A stretch of DNA of 64,000 bases from assembly GCA_003446655.1 (NCBI GenBank), contig DMCZ01000076.1, positions 12,089 through 76,088 of the forward strand, read 5' to 3'. The notes under the pieces are model-generated. The model was given only the letters and a program-made list of their open reading frames with translations, had not been told where the DNA came from and searched no databases. Source of the DNA: Thauera sp. GTDB lineage: Bacteria > Pseudomonadota > Gammaproteobacteria > Burkholderiales > Rhodocyclaceae. How positions within the stretch are numbered: the stretch's first letter is position 1; the number at the start of each line of letters is the position of its first letter. A program made the translations under genes and the position numbers. Shown here piece after piece: positions 1 to 11,163 of the stretch.

Positions 1-2
1 CC

Positions 3-893
<891 letters not shown>

Positions 894-937
894 GGCCGGG
901 CGGAGACCTGCGGCGCCGCAGCGCCCGCGCCCCGCGG

Positions 938-980
938 AAAAAACAAGACCCGCCCCGGTAATGCCGGAGGCGGGTCTTTT
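938..980. terminator. Bidirectional intrinsic terminator between argB and hsp20
   Basis: A-run, then AAGACCCGCC...GGCGGGTCTT hairpin, then T-run, between convergent genes. Confidence 0.8.
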
Positions 981-1002
981 ACCGCAGCGTGGTGGAGCAG
1001 GA

Positions 1003-1440
1003 TCAGTCGATGGTCAGGCGCTTGGCCTGGGCTTCGGCCTTCTTCGGCAGCGCCAGTTCAAGCACGCCGTCGTTGAACTTGGCCGAGGCCTTGGCCTCGT
1101 CGATTTCCTGGCCGAGCTGGAAGCTGCGCGACACCTTGCCGAAGTAGCGCTCGGTACGCAGCACCTTCTCGCCTTCCTTCACTTCCTTTTCCTGCTTGCG
1201 TTCGGCGCTGATCGACACCACCGGGCCGTCGATGTGGACGTGGATGTCCTCCTTCTTCATCCCCGGCAGTTCGGCATGCACTTCATAGGCGTCAGCGGTT
1301 TCCTTGACGTCGACGCGCATCTGCGGGGCGTCGGCGCCGATGTTTGCCATCGCACTGCCGCCGAAATCGACAGGGCGGACGAAGAAGCCGCGGAAAAAGT
1401 CCTCGAGCGGATCGACGCGGCGGGTAACATTCGTGCTCAT
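1003..1440 (-). CDS. Hsp20/alpha-crystallin small heat shock protein
   Basis: DVKET..YEVHAELPG, ERYFGKVSRSF and A.FNDGVLEL.LPK motifs. Confidence 0.95.
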   Translation of the reverse strand: MSTNVTRRVDPLEDFFRGFFVRPVDFGGSAMANIGADAPQMRVDVKETADAYEVHAELPGMKKEDIHVHIDGPVVSISAERKQEKEVKEGEKVLRTERYFGKVSRSFQLGQEIDEAKASAKFNDGVLELALPKKAEAQAKRLTID

Positions 1441-1491
1441 GTACGGTTCTCCTCGTCAGAAGGCTGCCGGTGGATTCCGGCCTCAGAACCA

Positions 1492-1519
1492 ATATAGGTG
1501 TGGTCATCGCGTTTTCAAG
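1492..1519 (-). promoter_or_regulatory. Sigma32 (RpoH) promoter of hsp20
   Basis: Minus strand reads CTTGAAA-N13-ACCTATAT, close to consensus CTTGAAA-N13/14-CCCCATNT, upstream of a heat-shock gene. Confidence 0.75.
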
Positions 1520-1574
1520 CAGCCGGCCGCGCTGCCCGGCATTCGCCACCGATCTCTGCCTGGATTCAATTTCG

Positions 1575-1799
1575 ATGACCGAGCCGACCAATACCTGTCC
1601 GCGCTGCGGTGCGACCTTCACCTGCGGCATGCAGGTGGGCGAATCCGCGTGCTGGTGCGCGGCCTATCCCGCCGCGTTCGCCGTGCCCGCGGCGAGCGAA
1701 GTGCCTGCGGATGCAGGTTGCTACTGTCCGCGCTGCCTCGCCGAGCTCATCGAGGCGAGGCGGGCGGCGCGGGTTCATCCGCCGGCGGGGTCTCGCTGA
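1575..1799 (+). CDS. Cysteine-rich CWC family small protein
   Basis: CPRCG..F.CG....CWC...CYCPRCL pattern. Start reassigned to ATG 1575. Confidence 0.85.
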   Translation: MTEPTNTCPRCGATFTCGMQVGESACWCAAYPAAFAVPAASEVPADAGCYCPRCLAELIEARRAARVHPPAGSR

Positions 1800-2136
1800 G
1801 CACGAACTCGAACACGACGCCCTCGCCGGCCCAGAACTCGGCGGCCTCGGCGAGGATGTCGAGCGCGGTATCGAGCGTTTCGGGCGCGCCCGCGCGCAGC
1901 GTCTGTGGCTGGCTGAGTTCGATACGGTAGTGCTGTGCGGGGAGCCATGACAGGTCGGTGAGGCAGTCCGAGAGGGCATCCCAGTTGTGGCCGAACCAGG
2001 CCGGGAAGTGCAGCGCGGTCGCGAACCGCGCGAGCAGGGTGGCCTTGTCGGTGCAGGCGCTCAGGTCGATGCGGACGTCGATGCTCCCGTCAGCGTCAGG
2101 CGCGCGGGGGGTGTCCGGAGGCGGCGTGGCGGTCAT
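1747..2136 (-). CDS. Barstar family ribonuclease inhibitor
   Basis: L.FPAWFGHNWDALSDCLTDLSW signature. ATGA overlap with the upstream RNase. Confidence 0.92.
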   Translation of the reverse strand: MTATPPPDTPRAPDADGSIDVRIDLSACTDKATLLARFATALHFPAWFGHNWDALSDCLTDLSWLPAQHYRIELSQPQTLRAGAPETLDTALDILAEAAEFWAGEGVVFEFVLSETPPADEPAPPASPR

Positions 2137-2507
2137 GGCAAGGGCTCGATCTGGCGGAAGCTGCTGTAGTGGTCAGCGGTGTAGTAGAACACCTCGGGCG
2201 GGTCGCCACCGGCGACGATACGGCGCGCACCGCGGTCGCGCGAGCCGGGCGTGCGCACTGTGTATTCGCGGTAGTAGCCGCGCGGCTTGGCGGGCAGCAG
2301 GCGCTCGCGGTTGTGGAAGGTGGTGCCGTCCTTGCGGTAAGGAAAGGGTCCGCCGCGCTGGATCAGGGCGAGGGTCTCGATCGCCTCGGGTGGCAGGCCG
2401 GCGTGCGAGGGCTGACGGTTGTCCGAGCCGGCGGGGGGTGTGCAGGCGACGAGGCCAGCGAGCACCGCCAGCACCATCACGAGACGGAAGGCGAGCGTGC
2501 GCAGCAT
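2133..2507 (-). CDS. Guanyl-specific ribonuclease (RNase Sa/barnase family), predicted lipoprotein
   Basis: GGPFPY..DG..F.NRE..LP, YYREYTV, RGARRIV and YYTADHY.SF motifs. N-terminal lipobox LVAC. Confidence 0.92.
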   Translation of the reverse strand: MLRTLAFRLVMVLAVLAGLVACTPPAGSDNRQPSHAGLPPEAIETLALIQRGGPFPYRKDGTTFHNRERLLPAKPRGYYREYTVRTPGSRDRGARRIVAGGDPPEVFYYTADHYSSFRQIEPLP

Positions 2508-2513
2508 GGTGGT

Positions 2514-4160
2514 TCAGGTCGGGCGTGGCTTGGGCTGGGGACGGCTGGGGGCGATGCCGAACCGCTTCATCAGCTCGTGCATGAATTCGGTGATTGCCGC
2601 CAGCCGGGGATTGGCTGGCGAGAGACGTTGGGCGCGCTCGATCAGGGCGCTTGCCTGGGCGGCGAAGGCCTCGTTCCAGCCTCGGTTCTCGATGTGACGC
2701 AGCAGCGCAAGCGCCGCGTTGAAAAGCACGTGGGGGTTGCCGGGCATCTTGCGCGCGGCATTCATCATTTCGGCCACGGCGCCGTCGAAGTCGCCCGCGT
2801 GCGCCTTCTGGGCGCCGGTGGTCACCAGTGACTTCACCTCGGCCTGGACCCTGGCTTCGACCTCGCGCGAGACTTGGTCGAGGCCGCGCGAGCGCAGCGC
2901 GGCGCGCGTCGTCTCCAGCGTACGATCATCGCCTGCGGTGCGGATCAGGTCGGCGAGCAGCTCGGTGCCTTCGTCGGGCATCTGCTGGTCGTAGCAGGCC
3001 TTGACGAGCTCCTGACGCAGTCCGACCGAGAGTTCGCGCAGGCGAGCGGGATTCCGCAGGGCGTTCAGCATCGACTGGCGGGCAGCGCTGCGATCGTGCA
3101 GGTGGGCCTGTATGAGCGCGCCGCCGATGGCTGCGCACAGCTCGCCCTTCGGATGGCGTGCCATGCCACGTTCGAGATCGCTCAGCGTTTCGCGCGCATC
3201 GGCGAGCTTGTGCAGCGCGAGCTGGGCCTGCAGCAGACGCACGTGGTCCTCGGGCTCGCGAAACTCCGAGTACTTGCCGCGCTCGACGACCTCGTTGAGG
3301 CTGCGCTCGGCAGTGGCCGGATCATCGGTATTCAAGGCCAGCTCGCCGAGATGACGCAGGCGAGTGATGCGATACGGTGACAACTCGCTGGCACGTTGCA
3401 GGGCTGCGCAGGCTTCCTGCGGGCGCCCGGTCTCCTCGCGCAGGCGGGCGAGCAGTTCGTAGGCCTCGATGAAGCGATCATGTCGAGCGAGGAGCTCGGT
3501 CAGGATATGTTCGGCTTCGACCCAGGATTTCTTCAGCACCAGCATGCGCGCGAGACCGAGAGAGGCCCAGGGGATGGGGCGCGCCGCAAGGATCTCGCGG
3601 TACAGCGTCTCCGCCTCGGCGATCTGACCGATCCCTGCGTGGAGCTCGGCCTGCAGGCGCATGAAGTCCACGAGGTGCTGAGGATGCTCGTTGCGGGCGA
3701 TCCGGCAATAGTCGATCGCCCCGACCGGATCACCGATCTTCATCAGCTGCCACGCGGGCAGGAAGGCGTCGCGTTTCTCCAGTGCGCGCAGCAGGCGCAC
3801 GCGCAGGGTTTCGGCGGTAAGCGGCTTGAGGATGTAGTCGTTTGGGGCGAGCTCGCAGGCGCTGGTCACGCGCTCATAGTTGCGCTCGGCGGTGATCATC
3901 ACGAACAGGGTGTCGAGCGGGATGATGCGGTGCTGGCGCAGATCCTCGAGCAGATGCTGGCCGTCCTGGCCTTCGCCAAGGTTGTATTCGCACAGCACGA
4001 GGTCGAAGCGCTGCGCGCGCAGACGACGCATGGCCATGGTCGCCGACACGGCAAACTGCGGCGCCTCGATGCCGATGGACGTGAGCATGTTGCGCAGCTG
4101 CGCGCGCATGGTCGCCTGGCTTTCGACGACGAGGACATCGAGATCGTGGGGCAACAGCAT
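2514..4160 (-). CDS. Response regulator receiver plus TPR-repeat protein
   Basis: N-terminal REC fold (MITAE, DYILKP) followed by helical TPR-like repeats. Start reassigned to ATG 4160. Confidence 0.85.
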   Translation of the reverse strand: MLLPHDLDVLVVESQATMRAQLRNMLTSIGIEAPQFAVSATMAMRRLRAQRFDLVLCEYNLGEGQDGQHLLEDLRQHRIIPLDTLFVMITAERNYERVTSACELAPNDYILKPLTAETLRVRLLRALEKRDAFLPAWQLMKIGDPVGAIDYCRIARNEHPQHLVDFMRLQAELHAGIGQIAEAETLYREILAARPIPWASLGLARMLVLKKSWVEAEHILTELLARHDRFIEAYELLARLREETGRPQEACAALQRASELSPYRITRLRHLGELALNTDDPATAERSLNEVVERGKYSEFREPEDHVRLLQAQLALHKLADARETLSDLERGMARHPKGELCAAIGGALIQAHLHDRSAARQSMLNALRNPARLRELSVGLRQELVKACYDQQMPDEGTELLADLIRTAGDDRTLETTRAALRSRGLDQVSREVEARVQAEVKSLVTTGAQKAHAGDFDGAVAEMMNAARKMPGNPHVLFNAALALLRHIENRGWNEAFAAQASALIERAQRLSPANPRLAAITEFMHELMKRFGIAPSRPQPKPRPT

Positions 4161-4362
4161 CGGATGGGGCACCGGACGCACGCTGATGGCGTGCCATGAC
4201 CGAAGATTACGGCAGGCAGCACAAAGGCTGAAGCCCCGCAGCGAAGAAATGCCATTCTTCGTTGCAGGGCTCCACGGGGTAAGCGCTGCGTCGGCCACGA
4301 AAGTGGCGCCAGCCGCGCAAACATTCGCGGGCAAGCCCGCTTATGCAAGGGCGGTCGTAATA

Positions 4363-6162
<1,800 letters not shown>

Positions 6163-6235
6163 GGATGATTTCCGGCAGTTCTGGGGCGCGGCACGCGGGC
6201 GTCGCGCTGTGGTCTGAAAGGGGTGTGTGAGAGGC

Positions 6236-6859
6236 TTATTCGTTGAGCAGCGCAGGGCGCTCCACACGTCGTACCGGCGGGGCGACGACGCCCATGGAGA
6301 TGATGTACTTGAGCGCCTCGTCTACGCTCATGTCGAGCTCGACGACGTCCTCCCTCGGCATCATCAGGAAGAAGCCCGAGGTCGGGTTTGGCGTTGTCGG
6401 CACATACACGCTGACGTAATCCCCGTGCAGATGCCTGGCTGCATCACCACCCGGCTTTCCGGTCAGGAAGGCGATTGTCCACGCACCCTCGCGCGGGTAC
6501 TGCACCAGCAGCGCCTTGCGGAAGGCCTGGCCGCTGCTCGAGAACAGCGTGTCCGAGACCTGCTTGACGCTGTAGTAGATCGACTTCACCACCGGAATGC
6601 GGGCGAGCAGCGCCTCCCAGAGCTTCACCAGCTTCTGGCCGAGCACGTTGGCGGCAATGAGGCCGGTGAAGAATACGATCAGCAGGCTGGCGAGCACGCC
6701 CACGCCGGGGATGTCGAATCCGATGTAGCGGCTGGGCTGGTGCTCGGCCGGCAGCCACAGCAGGATGGCGTCGAGCGTGCCGACGATCCAGGCGAGCACC
6801 ATGAAGGTGATCGCCAGCGGGATCCAGATCAGCAGGCCGGTGATGAAGTATTTTTTCAA
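6236..6859 (-). CDS. DUF502 membrane protein
   Basis: [18 protein letters not shown] and [13 protein letters not shown] motifs. Usual neighbour of aspS. Confidence 0.92.
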   Translation of the reverse strand: MKKYFITGLLIWIPLAITFMVLAWIVGTLDAILLWLPAEHQPSRYIGFDIPGVGVLASLLIVFFTGLIAANVLGQKLVKLWEALLARIPVVKSIYYSVKQVSDTLFSSSGQAFRKALLVQYPREGAWTIAFLTGKPGGDAARHLHGDYVSVYVPTTPNPTSGFFLMMPREDVVELDMSVDEALKYIISMGVVAPPVRRVERPALLNE

Positions 6860-6860
6860 G

Positions 6861-7130
6861 TCAGTGGCACGCGCAGCCGCCGCCGCAGCTGGCTGCGGGC
6901 GTGGGGTCGGACGACGACGATGAGGCGGGCGCCGCGGCCGAGCTGCCGCCGCCCTTGAAGTCGGTGGCGTACCAGCCCGAGCCCTTCAGCTGGAAGCCGG
7001 CGGCCGACAGCAGCTTGGCGTAGCCAGTGGCGCCGCAGGAGGGGCATGAGGACAGCGGCGCATCGCTCATTTTCTGCAGGTGTTCTTTCTGGAAACCGCA
7101 GCTCGGGCAACGATATTCATAGATGGGCAT
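6861..7130 (-). CDS. FmdB family zinc-ribbon protein
   Basis: MPIYEYRCPSCG...CPSCG...FQLKGSGWYATDF. Confidence 0.92.
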   Translation of the reverse strand: MPIYEYRCPSCGFQKEHLQKMSDAPLSSCPSCGATGYAKLLSAAGFQLKGSGWYATDFKGGGSSAAAPASSSSSDPTPAASCGGGCACH

Positions 7131-7180
7131 GGCGTGCTCCCGAAAACAAGTGCGCAAGTCTAACGCAATGCAGCATAAGG

Positions 7181-7209
7181 AAAAAGCGCGCCCGGTATCC
7201 GGTGCGCGC
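7181..7209 (-). terminator. Intrinsic-terminator-like hairpin downstream of pilD
   Basis: Minus strand reads GCGCGCACCGG-ATA-CCGGGCGCGC-TTTTT. Confidence 0.6.
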
Positions 7210-7214
7210 CTGTG

Positions 7215-7243
7215 AGATGGGGGCGGCCGCTGGCGGCTTCAAG
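7215..7243 (-). promoter_or_regulatory. Putative sigma32 promoter upstream of fmdB-like/DUF502/aspS
   Basis: Minus strand reads CTTGAA-N15-CCCCATCT. Confidence 0.6.
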
Positions 7244-7259
7244 CCCGGTCGAGAGAGGC

Positions 7260-8111
7260 TCAGAGCAGGCCGAGATAGCGCGTTGTCAGCGTCTCGCCCC
7301 AGAACAGGGCGATCACCCCGGCGGCAGCCAGGTAGGGGCCGAAGGGGATCGGCACGTTTCGGCCATGGCGGGCGAAGAGGATCAGCGCGATGCCAACGAG
7401 TGCGCCGACCAGCGATGACAGCAGGATGGTCAGCGGCAGCACCTGCCAGCCCAGCCAGGCCCCAATCGCACCGAGCAGCTTGAAGTCGCCATAGCCCATG
7501 CCCTCCTTGCCGGTGACGAGCTTGAACAGCCAGAACACTGACCACAGCGCGAGGTAGCCAGCCATGGCGCCGACGACTGCACTCGACAGCTCGGTGTAGG
7601 TGCCGCCGAGGTTGAAGGCCAGCCCGAGCCACAGCAGTGGCAGCGTGATGTCGTCGGGGAGCAGTTGGGTGTCGAGATCGATGAAGGCGAGCGCCACCAT
7701 CGCCCAGATGAAGAGCAGGGCGCCGAGCGCGGCCAGGCCGAAGCCGAAGTGCCAGGCGGCGTAGCCCGACAGCGCTGCGGTGAAGGCTTCGACGATCGGG
7801 TAGCGCTTGCTGATGCCCGCGCCGCAGTGGCGGCAGCGCCCGCGCAGCAGCACGTAGCTGACGACCGGGATGTTCTCGAACGCACCGATCTGGTGGCCGC
7901 AGTGCGGGCAGCGCGAGCGTGGCGTGGCGAGATTGAAGCGCTCGGCCGCGGGTGTCGCCTCGCCGCGCAGCTCGGCAGCCTGGGCATGCCAGTCTCGCTC
8001 CATCATCTTCGGCAGGCGATGGATGACGACGTTGAGGAAGCTGCCGACGAAGAGGCCGAGCAGCGTGGCGAGCGTGGCGAAAGCGAGCGGATCCTGCAGC
8101 AGCTCGAGCAT
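7260..8111 (-). CDS. pilD: Type IV prepilin peptidase/N-methyltransferase
   Basis: GSFLNVVIHRLP, two CxxC motifs, IDLDTQLLPD, GMGYGDFKL and PFGPYLA. Confidence 0.97.
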   Translation of the reverse strand: MLELLQDPLAFATLATLLGLFVGSFLNVVIHRLPKMMERDWHAQAAELRGEATPAAERFNLATPRSRCPHCGHQIGAFENIPVVSYVLLRGRCRHCGAGISKRYPIVEAFTAALSGYAAWHFGFGLAALGALLFIWAMVALAFIDLDTQLLPDDITLPLLWLGLAFNLGGTYTELSSAVVGAMAGYLALWSVFWLFKLVTGKEGMGYGDFKLLGAIGAWLGWQVLPLTILLSSLVGALVGIALILFARHGRNVPIPFGPYLAAAGVIALFWGETLTTRYLGLL

Positions 8112-8114
8112 GGA

Positions 8115-9344
8115 TCAGACGACCGAGCCGAGCTTGAAGATCGGCAGGTACATCGCGACCACAAGGCCGCCGATGATGGTGCCGAGGAAGACCATGATCA
8201 GCGGCTCGAGCAACTGCGACAGGCCGGCGACCGCGTCGTCGACTTCCTGCTCGAAGAAGTCGGCGACCTTGCCCAGCATGGCGTCGAGCTGGCCGGACTC
8301 CTCGCCGATCGACACCATCTGCACCACCATCGTGGGGAAGACGTCCGAGGACTGCATCGCCAGCGTCAGACTGGTGCCGGTGCTGACGTCGCTCTGGATC
8401 TGCTTGGTGGCGACCAGATAGACGTGATTGCCGGAAGCGCCGCCCACCGAGTCGAGCGCCTCCACCAGCGGCACGCCGGCCGCGAACATGGTGGATAGCG
8501 TCCGCGTCCAGCGCGCCACGGTAGCCTTGCGGATGATCGGGCCGATGACAGGGAAGCGCAGCAGCGCGCGGTCGAGCGCAATCTGCATGGCCGTGGAGCG
8601 TTTGTAGCTCCAGGCGATGGCGACGATCGCCCCGATCAGGGCGCCGAAGACGAGGTACCAGGACTCGACGAAGAAGTCCGACATCGCGATCACCATCATC
8701 GTCGGCGCCGGCAGGTCGGCGCCGAAGCTCGCGAACACGCTCTTGAACTCGGGGATCACAAACAGCATCATCACCGACACCACCAGGCCGGCGACCACGA
8801 TCACCGCTGTCGGGTAGAACAGCGCCGACTTGATCTTGCTCTTGATCGCGAGGATCTTTTCCTTGTAGGTGGCGATGCGGTCGAGGAGGCTGTCAAGGAT
8901 GCCCGCCTGCTCGCCGGCGGCGACCAGGTTGCAGAACAGCTTGTCGAAATGCACCGGATGTTTGGCGAAGGCCTGTGACAGGTTGAGACCAGTCTCGACG
9001 TCGGAGCGGATCTCGTTGAGCAGGCGCGACAGCGCCGGGTTGCCCGAGCCCTTCATGGCGATGTCGAAGGCCTGCAGCAGCGGCACGCCGGATTTCATCA
9101 TGGTCGCGAGCTGGCGGGTAAACAGCGCAATGTCCTTGTCGCTGATGCGCCCACCGCGGGCCATCTTGTGCTTCTTGACCTTGCTGACCTGGATGCCCTG
9201 GCGGCGCAGCATCGCCTGCACCATGGCGTCGCCGGGGGCGCGGATTTCGCCGCGGACGACCTTGCCGGTCTTGTCCTTGCCTTCCCAGGTGTACAGATCT
9301 TCCTTCGGGCCTGTGGCGCGCACTGCCCGGCTTGCTGTCGCCAT
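8115..9344 (-). CDS. pilC: Type IV pilus platform protein (T2SS F family)
   Basis: FTRQLATMMKSGVPL and GEESGQLD.ML motifs. Lies between pilB and pilD. Confidence 0.96.
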   Translation of the reverse strand: MATASRAVRATGPKEDLYTWEGKDKTGKVVRGEIRAPGDAMVQAMLRRQGIQVSKVKKHKMARGGRISDKDIALFTRQLATMMKSGVPLLQAFDIAMKGSGNPALSRLLNEIRSDVETGLNLSQAFAKHPVHFDKLFCNLVAAGEQAGILDSLLDRIATYKEKILAIKSKIKSALFYPTAVIVVAGLVVSVMMLFVIPEFKSVFASFGADLPAPTMMVIAMSDFFVESWYLVFGALIGAIVAIAWSYKRSTAMQIALDRALLRFPVIGPIIRKATVARWTRTLSTMFAAGVPLVEALDSVGGASGNHVYLVATKQIQSDVSTGTSLTLAMQSSDVFPTMVVQMVSIGEESGQLDAMLGKVADFFEQEVDDAVAGLSQLLEPLIMVFLGTIIGGLVVAMYLPIFKLGSVV

Positions 9345-9359
9345 GAGATCGAACGTCCT

Positions 9360-11075
9360 TTATTCGTTGGTCGACGCCAGCACTTCTGCAAGTGAGGTGA
9401 CGCCCTGTTTTACCTTGCTGAGGCCCGACTGGCGCAGGTCTCGCACGCCCTCGCGCTGGGCCTGGGCGGCGATGTCCATCGAGTTGCCGCCCGTCATGAT
9501 GATGTGGGCGATCTCCTCGGTGATCGGCATGACCTGGTAGATGCCCACGCGGCCCTTGTAGCCGCTGCCCTTGCAGCGATCACAGCCCACCGGTCCCATC
9601 GGTTGCCAGCTCCCGTCCAGTTCCTCGGGCGCGAAGCCCGCTTCGATCAGCGCTTCCATCGGAATGTCCATCGGCTTCTTGCAGGAGCATAGCCGGCGGG
9701 CCAGACGCTGGGCCGTGATAAGAATCACCGAGGATGCGATATTGAACGGCGCGACGCCCATATTCTTTAGGCGTTCGAGCGTCGAGGGCGCGTCGTTGGT
9801 GTGCAGGGTGGACAGCACGAGGTGGCCGGTCTGCGCGGCCTTGACCGCGATCTCGGCGGTCTCGAGGTCACGGATCTCACCCACCATGATGATGTCCGGA
9901 TCCTGGCGCAGGAACGCGCGCAGCGCCGCCGAGAAGGTGAGTCCAGCCTTTTCGTTGACGTTGACCTGGTTGATGCCGGGCAGGTTGATTTCGGCTGGAT
10001 CTTCTGCAGTGGAGATGTTGACGTCCGCGCCGTTGAGCATGTTGAGGCAGGTGTACAGCGAGACCGTCTTGCCCGAGCCGGTGGGGCCCGTCACCAGCAC
10101 CATGCCGTAGGGGCGCTTGATCGCGTTGACCAGGGCTTCCTTCTGGTCCGGGTCGTAGCCGAGGGCGTCGATGCCGAGCATGGCCGAGCTCGGGTCGAGG
10201 ATCCGCATCACGATCTTCTCGCCATGCAGCGTCGGCAGCGTCGATACGCGGAAGTCGATCGCCTTGTTTTTCGACAGCACGAGCTTCATGCGGCCATCCT
10301 GCGGCACGCGCTTCTCGGAGATGTCGAGGCGCGAGATCACCTTGATGCGCGCCGCGATCTTGTCCTTGAGCACCAGTGGCGGCTGCGAGATGTCGCGCAG
10401 GATGCCATCGGTGCGTACGCGGATGCGGTAGTACTTCTCGTAGGGCTCGAAGTGGATGTCCGAGGCGCCCTCGTTGATCGCATCGATCAGCACCTTCTGG
10501 ATGAACTTGACGACCGGGGCGTCATCGACCTCGTTCGCCTCGTCCTCGTCGCGCTGCTGCGTGGGGCTGTCCTGCTGCAGCAGGTCCATGTCGAAGGCTT
10601 CGCCGGTCAGCTCCTTGAGCGTGTCGGCGGCGGATTCGGACAGGGTTTCGACGACGCGCTTGAGCTTGTCGGCCTCGGCGATCACGAGGTCGAGCTGCAT
10701 GCCGGTCTGGAAGCGGATCTCGTCGAGCGCGCGCAGGTTCGACGGGTCGGCGGTGGCGAGCGTGATGCGGTTCTGACGCTTGGCGAGCGGGGCGACCTGG
10801 TGCTTCGCGAGCAGCTTGCGGTCGACCGCATCGCGCGCGAACATCGCGGTGTCGAAGGCGGCGATGTCGAGGAGCGGGTAGCCGAAGGTCTCGGCGGCGA
10901 AGCGCGCCATCGCCGCGCAGTTCATCAGTCCGCGATTGGCGACCTCGAGCATGAAGGCGTTGGTGGCGTCGTTCGCGTGCGCAGAGCAGGCGAGTGCATC
11001 GGCCTCCTGCAGATGACCATGCTGGATCAGCGCCCTGGCAAATCCGCTCAGGGTCGGTTTGTTGGTTGCCGACAT
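9360..11075 (-). CDS. pilB: Type IV-A pilus assembly ATPase
   Basis: GASDIHFEP, Walker A GPTGSGKT, RQDPDIIMVGEIRD and TGHLVLSTLHTN. Confidence 0.97.
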   Translation of the reverse strand: MSATNKPTLSGFARALIQHGHLQEADALACSAHANDATNAFMLEVANRGLMNCAAMARFAAETFGYPLLDIAAFDTAMFARDAVDRKLLAKHQVAPLAKRQNRITLATADPSNLRALDEIRFQTGMQLDLVIAEADKLKRVVETLSESAADTLKELTGEAFDMDLLQQDSPTQQRDEDEANEVDDAPVVKFIQKVLIDAINEGASDIHFEPYEKYYRIRVRTDGILRDISQPPLVLKDKIAARIKVISRLDISEKRVPQDGRMKLVLSKNKAIDFRVSTLPTLHGEKIVMRILDPSSAMLGIDALGYDPDQKEALVNAIKRPYGMVLVTGPTGSGKTVSLYTCLNMLNGADVNISTAEDPAEINLPGINQVNVNEKAGLTFSAALRAFLRQDPDIIMVGEIRDLETAEIAVKAAQTGHLVLSTLHTNDAPSTLERLKNMGVAPFNIASSVILITAQRLARRLCSCKKPMDIPMEALIEAGFAPEELDGSWQPMGPVGCDRCKGSGYKGRVGIYQVMPITEEIAHIIMTGGNSMDIAAQAQREGVRDLRQSGLSKVKQGVTSLAEVLASTNE

Positions 11076-11163
11076 GCCTTGCTCGCGTTCGAGGTGCGGC
11101 CGATGTTGCCCGCCGGGTGCGCCCTTGTAAAGATCCGCACGGCCCCCGGCGTGATCGCCTGCC

